Source: Vicugna vicugna (Eukaryota). From it: a stretch of DNA of 64,000 nt. Shown in pieces: positions 22,836 through 36,017 of the stretch. A program made the translations under genes and the position numbers. Below the pieces are notes generated by a model, which was not told the origin of the DNA, did not search any database, and saw only the letters and a list, made by a program, of their open reading frames with translations. Location: positions 6,993,546 to 7,057,545 of the forward strand of contig MU060767.1 of assembly GCA_013265495.1 (NCBI GenBank). The letters run 5' to 3'. The first letter of the stretch is position 1, and each line of letters opens with the position of its first letter.

Positions 22836-24889
22836 AGCCGAAACCACTGTGTCCTACTGGGTACACGATTAAAACAGAGAAGTGGCTCCCATGCTCCTGG
22901 GATACGGCGGGGTATGATTGACATACATTATTATTTCTTAGACTGATTTGAGCACTTCATTATGACCCTTATAAATCAAGCCCGCATACCAAAGGAGTCT
23001 GTGGGGTAGAATGTCCTGTGTGCTATGTTGTCTTCTTAGGCCTTGCTTTCTGCAGTGGGCATGCCTTTTAAGAGCCTGGATGTGAAGGAAATTGAATGGA
23101 GAGACATGTTTTCTAGGAACCCACAAAACAACCCCATAAATCACCTTGAAAATGATTCTCATCGTGTAAAAATAGAGATTCCACTTGGAGCTCTTTAATT
23201 TTATATCATCTAGGATTTTTCTTTTGCCTTTGTCTTTGGTCGATGTGCATGTGTGAGCACCTTAAACCCCTTAAAGAGACAATTCTGCAAACCCCTGAGA
23301 TAGGTGAGCAGTTCTCAGTGAGAAGCACACGAACCACTAGTAGAACACATGTGTAACACAGGAATTGCCTTTTGTAAAGGTGGATTTCTCCAAAACAGGG
23401 AGACCCTGGCACGTCATGGGTATTTGATAGATATTTACCAAGCTGAATTGACCAAGGTGGCATAAACAGCATACTTTCTAAGATATGTGTGTATCTTTAT
23501 TTGCGTTCATGAGAAATCCCTGCTTCGACTCTCGGAATCTTCTTAATTCCCAGATTATTCGAGCCCACCCTGGCTTGATAGATTGCTACATTGTTTCAGC
23601 CTAGGCTTATGTCAGTTGTACGACAAAGAAAATATTGATAAAAAAATACTCCGGCAAACTGAGTTTTATCAATGAAGTGAAGTAATCTACTTGATTGTCC
23701 AGAAAAGTCTGGCGTTTTCACGTGCCTCCTAGGTTATCACCACTTTTAGTATCAGCTTTCTCAAATATCTGTGGTCAGACTTTTATCTGTGTGCTCATAT
23801 AATCCCCAGTTCACATTTGAGGTCTAACTCCTGGATGTATTCCCGGCAACATCCCTATTTATCGCTGGTCGCCTCCTGAAACAGCTGGTGTTTCTAGGCT
23901 TTTCTTACTGTGCCAGCCTCACCTCCATCACCTGCCCTGTCTTCTTTTTATGTGTGCGATAATATTTAGTTGCTGTTCACCCTCTGGAAACGTGATACTA
24001 AGACCTATTGTCCTCTAGGGAGCTGTACATATTTCAGTTTGTCACCATACTTTGGGGACGCCGTCTCTATTTCCAAGGAGATTATATTGCCACGGACAGG
24101 CCAACCTCCTGCACGGTCTGTTTCCCCTGCCCTTCCCTACAGGAAACGAATCCTATGTGGAGCGACCACTTTTGCAGGGAATTACTACTTTTTAAGAAAA
24201 ATGACTTTATTAACTATGGCAAACAGTTAACGAAAACTCCCATGTTTAGAGCTATTACGAAACCTTTAGAGCAAATACAGTCCTATAATTATCATTTAAT
24301 AGAGTTTCTTTCTACCAGCTCCTAAAAGTAATTACATATTGAAGTGATCCAAAAGGAGTAATCACCTTCCACGTCCTATTAATAGCCTACTGAGTTACCA
24401 AATTTCCCGGCTGAGACTGTTTCCCATAGAAAACATGAGATAATGGTTTATAGCATGCTGAGTAAAAGCATCCAATTTCTCTCTCCTTGAGTGTTTACTT
24501 CTGTTATGCCATGTAAATAATCAGGATTGTGTTTGCCTAGACTCGGCATAAGCCTTTGGCTTCTTTAAAAATATAACAGGGGAAGCCATCTTAATACACA
24601 CAGGCCTTTTATTTCATTTTATCTTGCTCCTTCCTGCAGCCTGAGCTTCAAAGTCAGCTCAGCAGGCAGCGGGAGAGAACACTGGATAACTAACTCTTCA
24701 GCATTTGAGTCCATCTTAGGCTGTTAATATCGAGAATGGTGCTCTTCAGGGAGATGAAGAGCTGATCCGCCCAGGTTTTGAGATGCATTTACTTTGAAAA
24801 TACCATACTTATGGCATCTTTAAAAAAACATAAGAAACATGGAATGAATACAAGAAGGGCAAAGGAAAAATACTGAGACTAGCTCTTCT

Positions 24890-25060
24890 CATGTACCTAG
24901 CTCTACATTGGTTTATAAAACCTTCTCACAGCCATTGTTCCACATAATTCCTAAACAGCCCCCTGAGGTAGGCATAGTGGGCATTTTTGTCCCCTTTTCC
25001 AAGAAAGAATATGAAACATCAAAGACTTGCCTAATAAGTGAAGTTGAACTGGAAAGTTTG
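24890..25060 (-). mobile_element. MIR
   Basis: aattcctaaacagccccctgaggtaggc...ccccttttccaagaaagaatatgaaac...gacttgcctaa. Confidence 0.5.
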
Positions 25061-25319
25061 AGTGTTTGAAGGGTTGTCCAGTGTATGTATCACATTATAT
25101 ATTACGAATGTAAAGCTTATGTCTTTTCTAATTAATTCTTTTTTTAAAAAGTCTTTGTTTACCCCATAATCAAATAATAGCAATCTTCAGAAGAGAAAAA
25201 AATCTAAAATTAAAGTCAATTCATCCATCTAGGATTCTAGGGAAAGTGTGAACAGAAAAGGGGAAACTGTACTTCGATTTTAATTTTAGTCACAGCCATA
25301 GGAACTGTAGTAAAATATA

Positions 25320-27400
25320 TTTGCAAAGAATTTTATACTTTTTTTCCACTGCATAATTAATACATATTCTGGTAGGAAAATTAGGTGGAATACAAACAAG
25401 CAGAAATAAAATTAAAAATAATAAAATAACTTGATAATATACTACCTAGAAATAATCACTGCTAATTTTCATAGCCTTCCAGACTTTTTCTTGGCATATG
25501 TCTTGATCTTTAAAAAAGGCAACCATAAAAAAAGCTCACTTTTCCCCTACATAATAACATGTGATACACACTTTTCAGTATCATTATACTTAGGACATTT
25601 TTCTCCCTAAATATCCTCCTAACTTCATTATAAGTTGACTCTTGTTGTGTAAGTACATTGTTTTCGCACATTTCTGCCAAATAAGTTATTCTTTTAGGAT
25701 GGATTTCCTAGAGTGGAATTACTATACCAGAAGCTTTTGATACCTAACTGACAAATTACCTATCAGAAATCTTACACCATTTTATAACAGCATCAGTAAA
25801 ATAGGTAAGCTCCCATTTCCCCACATTCAAGCCAACTCTAGACACATACTCTTTTTAAGTGATTCACAGATGGATAAGTGGATTATAATCACGTCACATT
25901 TAAAATTTTTCAATTCCTGCCATTACTAGTAAAGTTAGGATTTTTAAAAAAATAAGTATTGATTCCTTTCTTGCTTTATAAATTGGCTCCTCATGTCCTC
26001 TACCCATTGTCTGAATTGTATATTCATCAGTTGGTGATTGACTTGTGAAGTCTCATCACCTTTTAATGCCATTAACCTCTGACTTATCGCACCTACTGCA
26101 CGGGTCTCCCCAGTGCTGCAGTGTCCTCTCAGTTCTGATTATGCTGTGTTCTAAAGTATAGACGCTGCACTTTTTGTATCTATTTTTCTGTTGAATATTA
26201 TTCTTAGTGTGGCCTTCCTCTTGCAAAACTGACATCAGTATTCACCTAGCTTTTCTTCTTTCTTTTATATATATATATATATAAAACGTTTCCCATTTCA
26301 ACCGTTTATCCATGTGAAATAAATATAAGGGCTCCCTTTGTTGGCCATTTCCTGAAAATCATTTAAGATAGAGTCACTTCTAACCGCTTTGTGACACCAT
26401 CTGTATCTTCACCTACATTACATACTATTAGATTTTTTTTTTGGACTTGCATTCTTCCTAGTCTATCCATTTACTACTCTCATGGTAGTATCATATTTTT
26501 CTTTAATTGCATACATATAGTATATATGTTAAAATCTGACCAGTGCTTTGTCCACATTATTTTCACTTTATTACTCTTTATTAAATTTTGGTTTCTTTGT
26601 GCCTCCAGATATAACTTAGAATTATTTTTCATTTATTTTTTATTTCATTTATAATTTGTGCCTGATAAGTATCTTCATGGATTTTATTGAGTTTACCTTA
26701 AATTTATGGATTAATTTAACAACTGAAAATTTGAAAATATCCTTCCCATCCAGAAGCATGAGCTGATTTTCCACTGAATCAGTTCTCTTTTTATTATCAG
26801 AGATGCTTTGTAATTTTCTTCAGTTTTGTTGTATGCATTTCTTATTAAGTTTATGGCTAGATACTTGATATTTTGGATGCTGTTATCAGGTAGATTTTTA
26901 GATCATATATATTTTCTAAATGAAAATTTTTAGTATAAACAATGTATAAACATTGTTCTAAAGTGATATAACTTCTCAACTTACTTTCTTGGGTTTTCTA
27001 GGGAGATAACTGTATAAAAAATTTGACAATTTGCTTCATCCTTGGGTTTTTTTTTTTTTGTCAAATTCATATATTTGCACCTTTAGAATACATGTTAAAT
27101 AATAGCAGTAATAATGGCCACTTATGCTTTAATTGGATATTACTTCTTGAGTTTCATCATTAAGCAAAAAATTGGTTGTTAGATGAAAATTAAGATTTGT
27201 ATTATGGTGTGTGTGTGTTTGTGTTTTAGGAAATTTCCTTTCCATTATTATTTTATTTTAAAAAATGGATGTTTAATTTTTAATCACAATTTCTGGATTG
27301 TAAGAAGATGACGGTGCTTTTGAACCTTTGCCCTAGCCTAATGTCTTGATAAATTAAATTGAAATATCCTGCTATTGAACCTCATTTTTTTAACTTCCAA
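25320..27400 (-). mobile_element. Long degenerate L1ME-type fragment, antisense to CDH11, in intron 11
   Basis: ggatttcctagagtggaattac...tacaccattttataacagcatcag...tatttttctgttgaatattattc...atatccttcccatccagaagcatg: AT-rich collinear L1 antisense signature. Confidence 0.6.
26266..26283. repeat. (TA)9 microsatellite
   Basis: Direct read. Confidence 0.9.
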
Positions 27401-27589
27401 ACCTCTTATTCCAAACAATGATCATTTGATAAAATAGAGAGGAGAGAGAGCAAGGATAAAGATTACATGCATGGCTTCAGCAGTGAATAAGATGTCAGGA
27501 AATTCCCAAAGCACATGCAGCAAAGTTCACTACGTTGTGAAAGCACAGCTAATTGCTAGTGACTGTTCATGACCAACTACAGAGGCGCT

Positions 27590-28105
27590 ACAGCGATAAT
27601 GTCTCTCCTTAAAATTCTTGTATGACTCTCCACTTCCGTGGATTTTACTGAAACTTTATAGCCTACTGAGCAAGAAATGATATGATCTACCTCCCATAAA
27701 CTCTGCATCTGTCATCTCCTTTCTTTTGCTACCTTAAACCATAAACTCCAGACACTTCAAAACACCTCTGGCTTCCCTAATACGCTGTGCTCTCACACGT
27801 CCATGCCTTTGCTCTGCGGGAAGTGTACTCCTCTTGCCTATTATACCTGCTCTTTCAAGTGTCACCGTAAGTGAAGTCTCTTAGGTGAAGCTTTGCTGGG
27901 CATCCCCAGCCCCTCTTGGATGCTACGTCCTCTGTGCTCCAGGAACACTTCACTAAATAACCTCTCCTATTTTTCTTATCACTCTGTGTCCTCAGCGTAC
28001 ATTTCCCTATCTGTCTCCCATTAGAATTTGAGCTCAGTGGGGACAGTATCCCAGCACTTAAGTGGGTTGACCAAATGCATGAATTAAAGTGAAAGAATGG
28101 ATGGG
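27590..28105 (+). mobile_element. L2 3' fragment
   Basis: tccttaaaattcttgtatgactctccac...catgcctttgctc...ccattagaatttgagctc...atgcatgaattaaagtgaaagaatgg. Confidence 0.6.
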
Positions 28106-29150
28106 AGAACATGTAATGTGCTTCAGACATTTCAGGGATTAGTTATTACTGTGGAAAAATGATTATCTTATGAGAGAAGCTTCAGGCTGAAAAAGACAAC
28201 CCATCTTTTGATGTTGGAATGTTCTGAAGGAGTCAATACCACATCACCCACCCCTTCTATCCCTTCATCCATTTATTATTTATTATTCCACAAAGATATA
28301 TGGGACATCTAAGGTTTGGGTCCAAGAAAAGATGACTTTCAGATGCATTTATTTTGCAAGTATGTTGTCTAATATGGGCCAAGTTGCAGATCAAATGAGC
28401 TCTGATACATGCTACATTCAGAGGAAAGTTTGAACTGCTAAAAAATTTTAAAAAGAGAGTGAAAACAACAACAAAAAGTTTGAATGGCAAGCAGGTCTGA
28501 GTGGGAAAGGGAGGAGAGCCAAGACAGATTTGCCCTGATTAGATCAATTGGCGAACATCTTTCCTTCCTTTTTTTTTTTTAATTTTGTGTGTGATGAGCA
28601 CCACCAAAAAGCATCCAAATATGCTTCTGGTTTTTCACTTTTATGATTTAAAGATAGCCAAACAGATTTCTGTGGAACTTTTCCCCCCTTTAATTGCTTC
28701 AATATGGAAGATGCTCTGCTGGCAGATCAAAATGGCAGATGGCTTTTAATACCCTGCCTTTTTCACTGTATAAATAATTATGTTCCTTTTCTGCCTGAAA
28801 TTCATTGCTGCAGTTTGTCCAGCACAGAACACAGTTGATCTGGAAACCAACCCCCTCCCCAACCCAACAGAGAAAGAAATGGGTCTTCTTAGTGGATTAG
28901 GGTATCCTTTCAGGGTTCCCTCTGGTCACTGACTTAACTACTCTTGGGATTTCTCAACTCACTAAGAGACCCTAAATGTTTATATCCCACTGAATTCCTT
29001 GGTAGTTTTCCTTGTCTTAAAACCAAGAAATATGTTCCTTTCTCCCTTCCTATCACTACGGAGAAAAATGTCCTCTAACAAAAGTGGAGGGAAAGTTGAT
29101 TCTAAGGATGTGATAAATTATAACAATTGGAAGTCTATTGATACCAACAG

Positions 29151-29195
29151 TGCACACTTAAATGCCTCATGCACACTTAGATGCCTCATGCACAC
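29151..29195. repeat. 19-bp tandem duplication, tgcacactta(a/g)atgcctca x2.4
   Basis: Units 29151-29169 and 29170-29188 differ at one base; partial third unit 29189-29195. Confidence 0.92.
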
Positions 29196-29744
29196 ATGCA
29201 ATGTAGGCAATTATTCCTACAGTGTTATTTATTGCATTTTGTATTTTGCCGATCCCTCAGAATCAAACGTGTTAATTAAAAGATTATGATCACCCCAACT
29301 CCCATGTACTATGCAGCTCTTTGATTTAGATGGGAGACATTACAGCCATCAGAGTCTTGGATTAAACCGTTTTCTGCATTAGTATTTTAAGGCTGGCCTC
29401 AGAGAATTTACCTCATTGTAGCATTTCCTTCATTCCAAAATATTGGGAAAATAATAGATTTCTTTTTGCCTCTCACATGTTGGTTTGTTTTTGAAGGTGT
29501 CTGTGTTTCTGGAAATGCTGTGGGAAGGGAGGTGTTGGGTGAGTTCCCTTAATTTCTTGTAGGTCTCTCTGACATAAAATTCATAGGTTTCTAAGAGCAG
29601 CTCTGTTGTCTGTGTCTATCTGGATCCAGCTGTAGGCTGTGATGGGGTCCATCTAATTAACTAACCATGTTAGGGAAATTTGGTTTTAAAAAAAGAATCA
29701 ATGTAATTGGCATGCGGTAATATTAGGATTCTAGGGTTAGCTGC

Positions 29745-29960
29745 CCTAGTAAAACTGCAGTGAAACCTAAAGGAGTCTGAATCCTAGTTTTGTTTGTATT
29801 TTCCATATTATTGTGATCAGTTGCTCCCCTCTTTGTCAATTTATTTTTGTATAAAATAAGGATAATTATACTTTCTGCACATAATTTAAAAATTCTGAGA
29901 TAAGGTATGCGGAAGGAACAAAGAATAAGGTCTGCAAATATTAACAGCTCAATAAATGTT
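29745..29960 (+). mobile_element. MIR
   Basis: ggagtctgaatcctag...ctctttgtcaatttatttttgtataaaataaggataatta...cagctcaataaatgttac. Confidence 0.5.
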
Positions 29961-32900
29961 ACGTGGTTGAATCTGACTCACCCTAAATAATAACAAAAAA
30001 AATAATGAGATAAAGAGATGACGATACTTACCAGGAACAAAATCCATAATATAGACACAGGCAGCATTGATCAGGTGGGGTTCAAAAGTACAAAGTAGAA
30101 GATGGAGGCTGAAAATTGACGGCCAGCTAATGAATCAGTGAAATCTGACCGTGTGGAAAAGCCAGATTGATGCTGAGATACAATGAAAGAAATGTCCTTC
30201 ACCTGTTCATTCCTCTGACACAAAATACTGCTAACTGAACAAACATGAGAGAGACAAGGTTCTTGTCTTCAAGGAGGTTACTGTCTGGTGGAGAGAACAG
30301 ACACTCAGTCTCCACACAGTGTCAAATATGCACCATAAGCAGGGACTACAGGTAGACAGGCGGTTCACACGGTGCTCAGAGAGACAAGGCAGGCTATTCA
30401 GTTCACCTTTCAGCATTAGTCATATCAGAAAATAAATTCTACAAAAGTATTTGACATTTCTGTGATTTCAGTTCCTCCCTCAAAGTGGCAAACACTGGCA
30501 TCAGAAATTAAAATTAATTTTTCAAAAATCACAAATCTAATTGAGTATTAAAAAACTAAATAGCTAGGTGTTTCAATTATGTCTTTTGTCATTGTGTAGC
30601 ATGTGCACCTCTGAAATTATTAAAGCTTAAAACTCCACTAAGACTTTTGGGACACACACTATATATATTTTTTTTCTTTCATTGTCATGATAGAGCTGTT
30701 GCCACATTTCTAAGAAAAGAAAAGAGGGCCCAGAGGAAAGTAATCAAATAATGGTTATTCTGCTAGCGACTGCATAGCTGTCTTCAAGTGTGCGGGAGTT
30801 TTTTATGTGGTAGACAGATGTACTCTGTCTCTGAGGTTTGAGCAGAAGGGGTAGAGTAGGTAGATTTAGGTCAGAAGTGAGTAAAATAAGAGCAAGGCCT
30901 TGGCCTAGATTCTGCAGATCTTTAACAGTTTCAAGAGATGGGCTTCAGTCAGATGCACACAGTGCCTGTCTTCACAGGCTCAAGGGTCTCTGATCAGGTT
31001 GGTCCGTGGGGGAATCTTTAGCTTTGGAGCGGAGAGGGACAGAGGGAACAAAGTGGTAAGGAAGAGCATCTTAAGAACTATAGGAAAGCTAGAGGGGTGA
31101 CGTCTCTCACCTTAAGCCAAGCCTCTCTCCTGACTGCATGGTGAGAACAGAAAGTACTAATCCTTTGCTGTAGTGCCACCTCTTTTTAAGTTATTAAAAC
31201 GCAGGGGCTATGCCCGCTCACTGCCCATTTTGCTCTGTTCCCAGTGTATTTTTTGGCTAATACCATGCTGGCACCCAGTGCAGTCTATCTTTCGAGGGCT
31301 GGCTTCCCTATCACAATTTGCCCTTTTCATATCAGTTGTCACTGTCCCTCCCTTGGGTGACATCATCATCATAGCCCTCCCATTTGCATTTCCAAACTGG
31401 TACCATGGAGATCATCGTTATCAGGAACTTTGACATTTTGCTAGCGTGATGACGAAGTGTGCAGATAAAAACAGCATGTGATTAGGAGTCCAGGTTGCAG
31501 ACATAAAAATTTGAAACCTGAATTTATTTTCCATTAATAGAAATACTGTAATTTGTACATGACATATACTAGTAATTAATGGCTTCATTTGCGAGTTTTT
31601 GCTGAAGTGGGGAAAAACAAGGAACTGCTTACATATTTGTGGCCAAGGATGAGAGCATTGGGTGTCAGGATGAAACACCAAGGTCTTTGAAAAACATTTT
31701 CTTAACCATGGGAGATACGTTATGTGGGACTGAAGAACGTGAACCATCTTCCTACCTCTGTACGATGAGCCTTTCTGTGTAGGCAACTGCATTCAAAGAT
31801 GCAATGATATTTCCAAGAATTCACTTTCCTCTCTTTGTTAATATGTTTCTCTTTCTCATTAGTCTACTGCTCAAAGAGGAGAGTTTCCAGAAAAGAATTA
31901 GTATTTACTGAGCATCTCCAGCAGTCTGGTATGGTGCTTAGTACCTTTATGAATGGAATCAAATTTAACCCTAAAAAGTATTACTTCACTGGATGAGAAT
32001 ATAGCAGCTCAAGACATTTACCTAATATGTGTAAACGTCAGGCAATTAATATGTAGAAGAGTCAAGATTTCAAGCCCAGGTCTGTTTGACCCCAAATACT
32101 GAGAGATTTGATCTGTGGAATTTTTGTAAAGGAGAAGGATCTGAGAAATCTCTTGACAGAAACTTAAAAATCAATACAGCATTTGTCTTTTTTCTGCCTC
32201 ATCTTATTAACCAAGGAGCCAAATTGACACTTCCCTGAAAATGTGTCCTCATAGAAGCTTTTTTTTTTTTCAATTGGGTCATCCATGAACCTCAGGAATG
32301 TGTATGTCCAAAATGAGGGATACGCTCTCAAAGACAGATAAGGAGTAGCTGGCTAATTAAAATAATTTAGGTGAGAGAATTTGTAGCGAAACTGAGAATG
32401 CAAAATCGATTTCCAGTAGAGGCTTTTTAAAAATTGTTATTGTGTTTCTTTTTTCCATTTGTTTTTCTAGATTTTCTTTTCATGCAGTGGCTTTTTTTGT
32501 TAGTATAAGATCTGTGATCAGAGTGGATCACAAGAAAGCCCATCACGGAACATGGTACTGATGCCTCTGAAATGGCCTTCCCCGCAAAAAACTCATCCTC
32601 CCATTGGTGCTGGGGCCGCTTAGATGCAGAGCAGCAGGGCAACCTAAGTGCCAAACTAGTCTGTCTAGACACGTTTCTTATGTGTCCACATTTACCCTTC
32701 ACCACTTCACCAGCCCTGGAGGATCTCCATACTGAGGGTGAAGTTTTCTCATAGAAGGATTCCTGAGCCCTCTGCAAACACATCCCTGAGGACAACCACT
32801 GGCTATTATTACACTGTTTGTTTCCAATAACAACCCTATGAGGCATGCTTGATATCAACCAGTGTCCTCATTTTAAAGATGAACAAGACAGGCTCTGGCA

Positions 32901-33262
32901 GGAAAAATGACTCATTCTAAAGTATGTATTTGGAGTATGCCCAAGAAGAGAACTTCAGTCCATTTATTTTCGAATGAATCTTAAAATCCGTATGTGAACC
33001 ATGTTTGACCAGAAGACTTTTTTTTAAAAGTTCTTGAGAGTCTGTTAATGCATGACTTGGAGCTGTAAAGGGTTCAGTCAGCTGGGGACTTTGATGAGCT
33101 TCCATGTCAAACTTCCAGCGTGTCTGAGAAGACTTAGCTGTTCGGAATATGAAACATCTTGAATTCACTGGCTGGGGTCCTGCCCAGACCCATGTTTTCC
33201 ATTAGTGTTTGATTTTCAGTTACCATCATAGGTGAGCCAGCCTACTGTGATCTAAAGGTACT

Positions 33263-33394
33263 GGTGGGGGGATTAGGTTTATTTATTTTGTTTGTTGGTT
33301 GGTTGGTTTGTTTGTTTATTTAATGGTACTGGGGATTGAACGCAGGACCTGGTGCATGCTAAGCATGCACTCTACCATGAGCTATACCCTCCCC
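33263..33394 (-). mobile_element. Camelid Vic-1-like tRNA-Ala-derived SINE
   Basis: Reverse complement reads GGGGAGGGTATAGCTCATGGTAGAGTGCATGCTTAGCATGCACCAGGTCCTGCGTTCAATCCCCAGTACC (A and B boxes, tRNA-Ala anticodon arm), then an AAAC/AACC-rich tail and the aataaataaacctaatcccccc segment I associate with Vic-1. Confidence 0.8.
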
Positions 33395-34345
33395 TCTAAG
33401 AACAGATTTTAAACCATGGCTTCTAAGGATTTAAAAAAATAAAACACTCAGGACACATTCCCTCCAAACAACACCATGGAAAGGGAATAGGGTGGGACCT
33501 GATAGATACACTAAGTGAATGCCCTCTTGGGGATGCCATCCGTGTCAGAGAGGTATATTTGACCAATTTAATGAATGTGCTTTCATTCATAAATTTTTAA
33601 TATGCCTTTTTTTACTTATGATGGTATTCATGACATTTCAGATCATTAAAATGGGGGCAAATATTATAACATTTAATTTGTGAAAGTCTTATTTGAACTC
33701 AAAAAATGTGTGAGAATGAAAAAATAACATTTGAAATAATTTATTGGAGATAAGTAATTTTTTTGGTAACTGTTAAGTATAGGGCAATGGTATGCCTAGA
33801 ATAGGAAAGAGCAGTCAGGAAACTGAATTTTCACTTAACATTCCATTTGACCAACTTATTTTTATTTTTTCATGATTTTCCATAGTACGTATAAATTTTC
33901 TCCAGCAATAAGAGCATTATATGCCAATCACACAAAATTCAGAAAGTAGAGAAACAAGGGCTAGCTGTTCTGCCCTGCTTTGATTGAGATATTAGCGGCA
34001 AAGGGCAGAGAATGTCATTATGTCTTGCCAAAAGCCAGCGGGTGCCCACACCTTACCCTCTGTGATGCTCAGAATATCTGTTCTGTCCTAAATGAGACTG
34101 AATCTGCCTTTTATACATTTTTCTTATCTCACAGAGAATAATATTACATTTCCTTTAACCTAAAAATATATCAATTCAATTTTTAGATTCTAAGATAAGT
34201 GTTCCTACCACAAGAGGTAATTCATGGTACTGTCAATCCATTTAAAGCATGAGAGCTATCAGGCCATCATGTTGGTCATACCATTCTTACTGTTATAAAT
34301 TACTGACTTCTAACTCATTAAAAAAGTCATGCTGTACTGAGGATC

Positions 34346-34368
34346 TGTGTGTGTGTGTGTGTGCGTGT
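34346..34368. repeat. (TG)n microsatellite with one interruption
   Basis: Direct read. Confidence 0.9.
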
Positions 34369-34589
34369 AATTTGATGGAGCACATTCAAAACTTCCACTA
34401 CTTTATAATACCAATGTTTTCCAAACCCAGAGCACATGGCCTAGAAAAAATCTTTTTGGCTGGTTGAGGGACACAAAACGTGATGAGGAAGCATTTGGGG
34501 GAATACGTTACGAAAGACTGAGAAGTATGTGAAAGCCCACATCTGGAATCTGGGTTAAACCTTTTCCCAGAACAAATGTCAGTTATGAC

Positions 34590-35125
34590 ATTTGTTCAAC
34601 AAATATTTATTGAATGTCTGCTGTGTGTTCAGCACTGGGAAGACTGAGATCAGATAAAAGCCCCTATTCTCCAGAAATTCACAGTCTAGGAGAGATCCAA
34701 GTAGTTACGCCAAGAAATAATGACAGCAGAGTGGAAGACCGATTCCTGTAGTGATGTACAGGTGTGACAGGTTCAAAAGGAGAAGATGGGAGAGGTAGGT
34801 CTAGAGAGGACTCCCTGAAGGTGGCTTTGGGATTCGGTGTTGAGGCTTGAGAAGTTCACCTCTCCTGATCAAAGGAACAGCTTTTGGGGGCATTAAAGCA
34901 GAGGGTAAAAGCCAAGGCATACGGCAGTGTGGTGTGCTGGGGAACGGAAGTGAGTTCTGCATATGGCAGGCTGAACTGGGGCTGTGGGCAGGGCTTGGCA
35001 TGAGCCTGGAAGGCAGGGCAAATCTAGGTCAGGGAACTACCTGGTGATCCACTGTGTAGATGTGGGCTGTGTTGTGTGGGCAACAGGGAAAAACCTGTCA
35101 TCATTTTAAGCAGGAGTGACGTGTT
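34590..35125 (-). mobile_element. L2 3' fragment
   Basis: ttcaacaaatatttattgaatgtctgctgtgtgttcagcactggg...ttcacagtctagg...ttttaagcaggagtgac. Confidence 0.68.
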
Positions 35126-35765
35126 TAACTGGGTGGCTGATGGTGCTTAAATTTCAGAGAAACTGTAAACCTGCTGCTGGGTTTATAAAATATTTCCTTT
35201 TTAAATGGTATTTTCCTTTAGGACTCATGAGTGGGTTTATAGCTTCAGCAAGATTTGAGGGTGGATTTGAAGTCTCTCAAAACAAACAAACAAACAAGTA
35301 AAACCTGGCCCAAGGCTCTGGTCATGAAGTAGGGAAAATGCAAATGTGAAAAAGAAGCTTTTTGTCTTGTTTTTCCTCACACTGGCTTATATATTTAATT
35401 GTATCCTATGCTAACATAGAGTATGTGACTGAAGCCCACGCTTTCTTGTATTTGAGGAGAGGGGCTCCACCCCAACAGAGAATGGCATGGTTACCTAGCC
35501 AGGGAAGCCATTCCTATTAAGCAAATAAAAGAGAGCCGATTTCTGAGTTCCTTTCCAAAGTGGGACTAAACTGGGGGCTCCTGATCATGCCAAATGCCTG
35601 CGGCTTCTACAGATGCCCAGATTTAAGGCTACAGGGGAAGACTGGCTGTTAGCACTGGCAGTGAGAAGAGCACGCTCAGGTCTGCCAAGCTGAACGCAAA
35701 AGTGCGGAGGCTGGGATTGCAGGGCTCCTGCTCTGAGACTACGCCTGCTCTCCCTGTCCCCACAG

Positions 35766-36017
35766 ACAACACAGCAGGGGTGTACGCCCGGCGCGGAGGG
35801 TTCAGTCGGCAGAAGCAGGACTTGTACCTCCTGCCCATCGTCATCAGCGACGGAGGAATCCCGCCCATGAGTAGCACCAACACCCTCACCATCAAGGTCT
35901 GCGGCTGCGACGTGAATGGGGCGCTGCTGTCCTGCAATGCCGAGGCCTACATCCTGAACGCGGGCCTGAGCACCGGGGCGCTCATCGCCATCCTCGCCTG
36001 CATCGTCATCCTTCTGG
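35766..36017 (+). CDS. CDH11: Cadherin-11 coding exon 12, end of EC5 and most of the TM helix: (D)[83 protein letters not shown](V)
   Basis: Acceptor ctgtccccacag|ACAACA, donor CTTCTGG|gtaagg. 252 nt, phase 1 to 1. Lies within ORF 35702..36076. Confidence 0.97.

Noticed and set aside
33323-33394. tRNA-Ala-like sequence on the minus strand as a functional tRNA gene
   Set aside because: The acceptor stem is altered, the D-loop has a deletion, and it is followed by a SINE tail. It is a SINE head.
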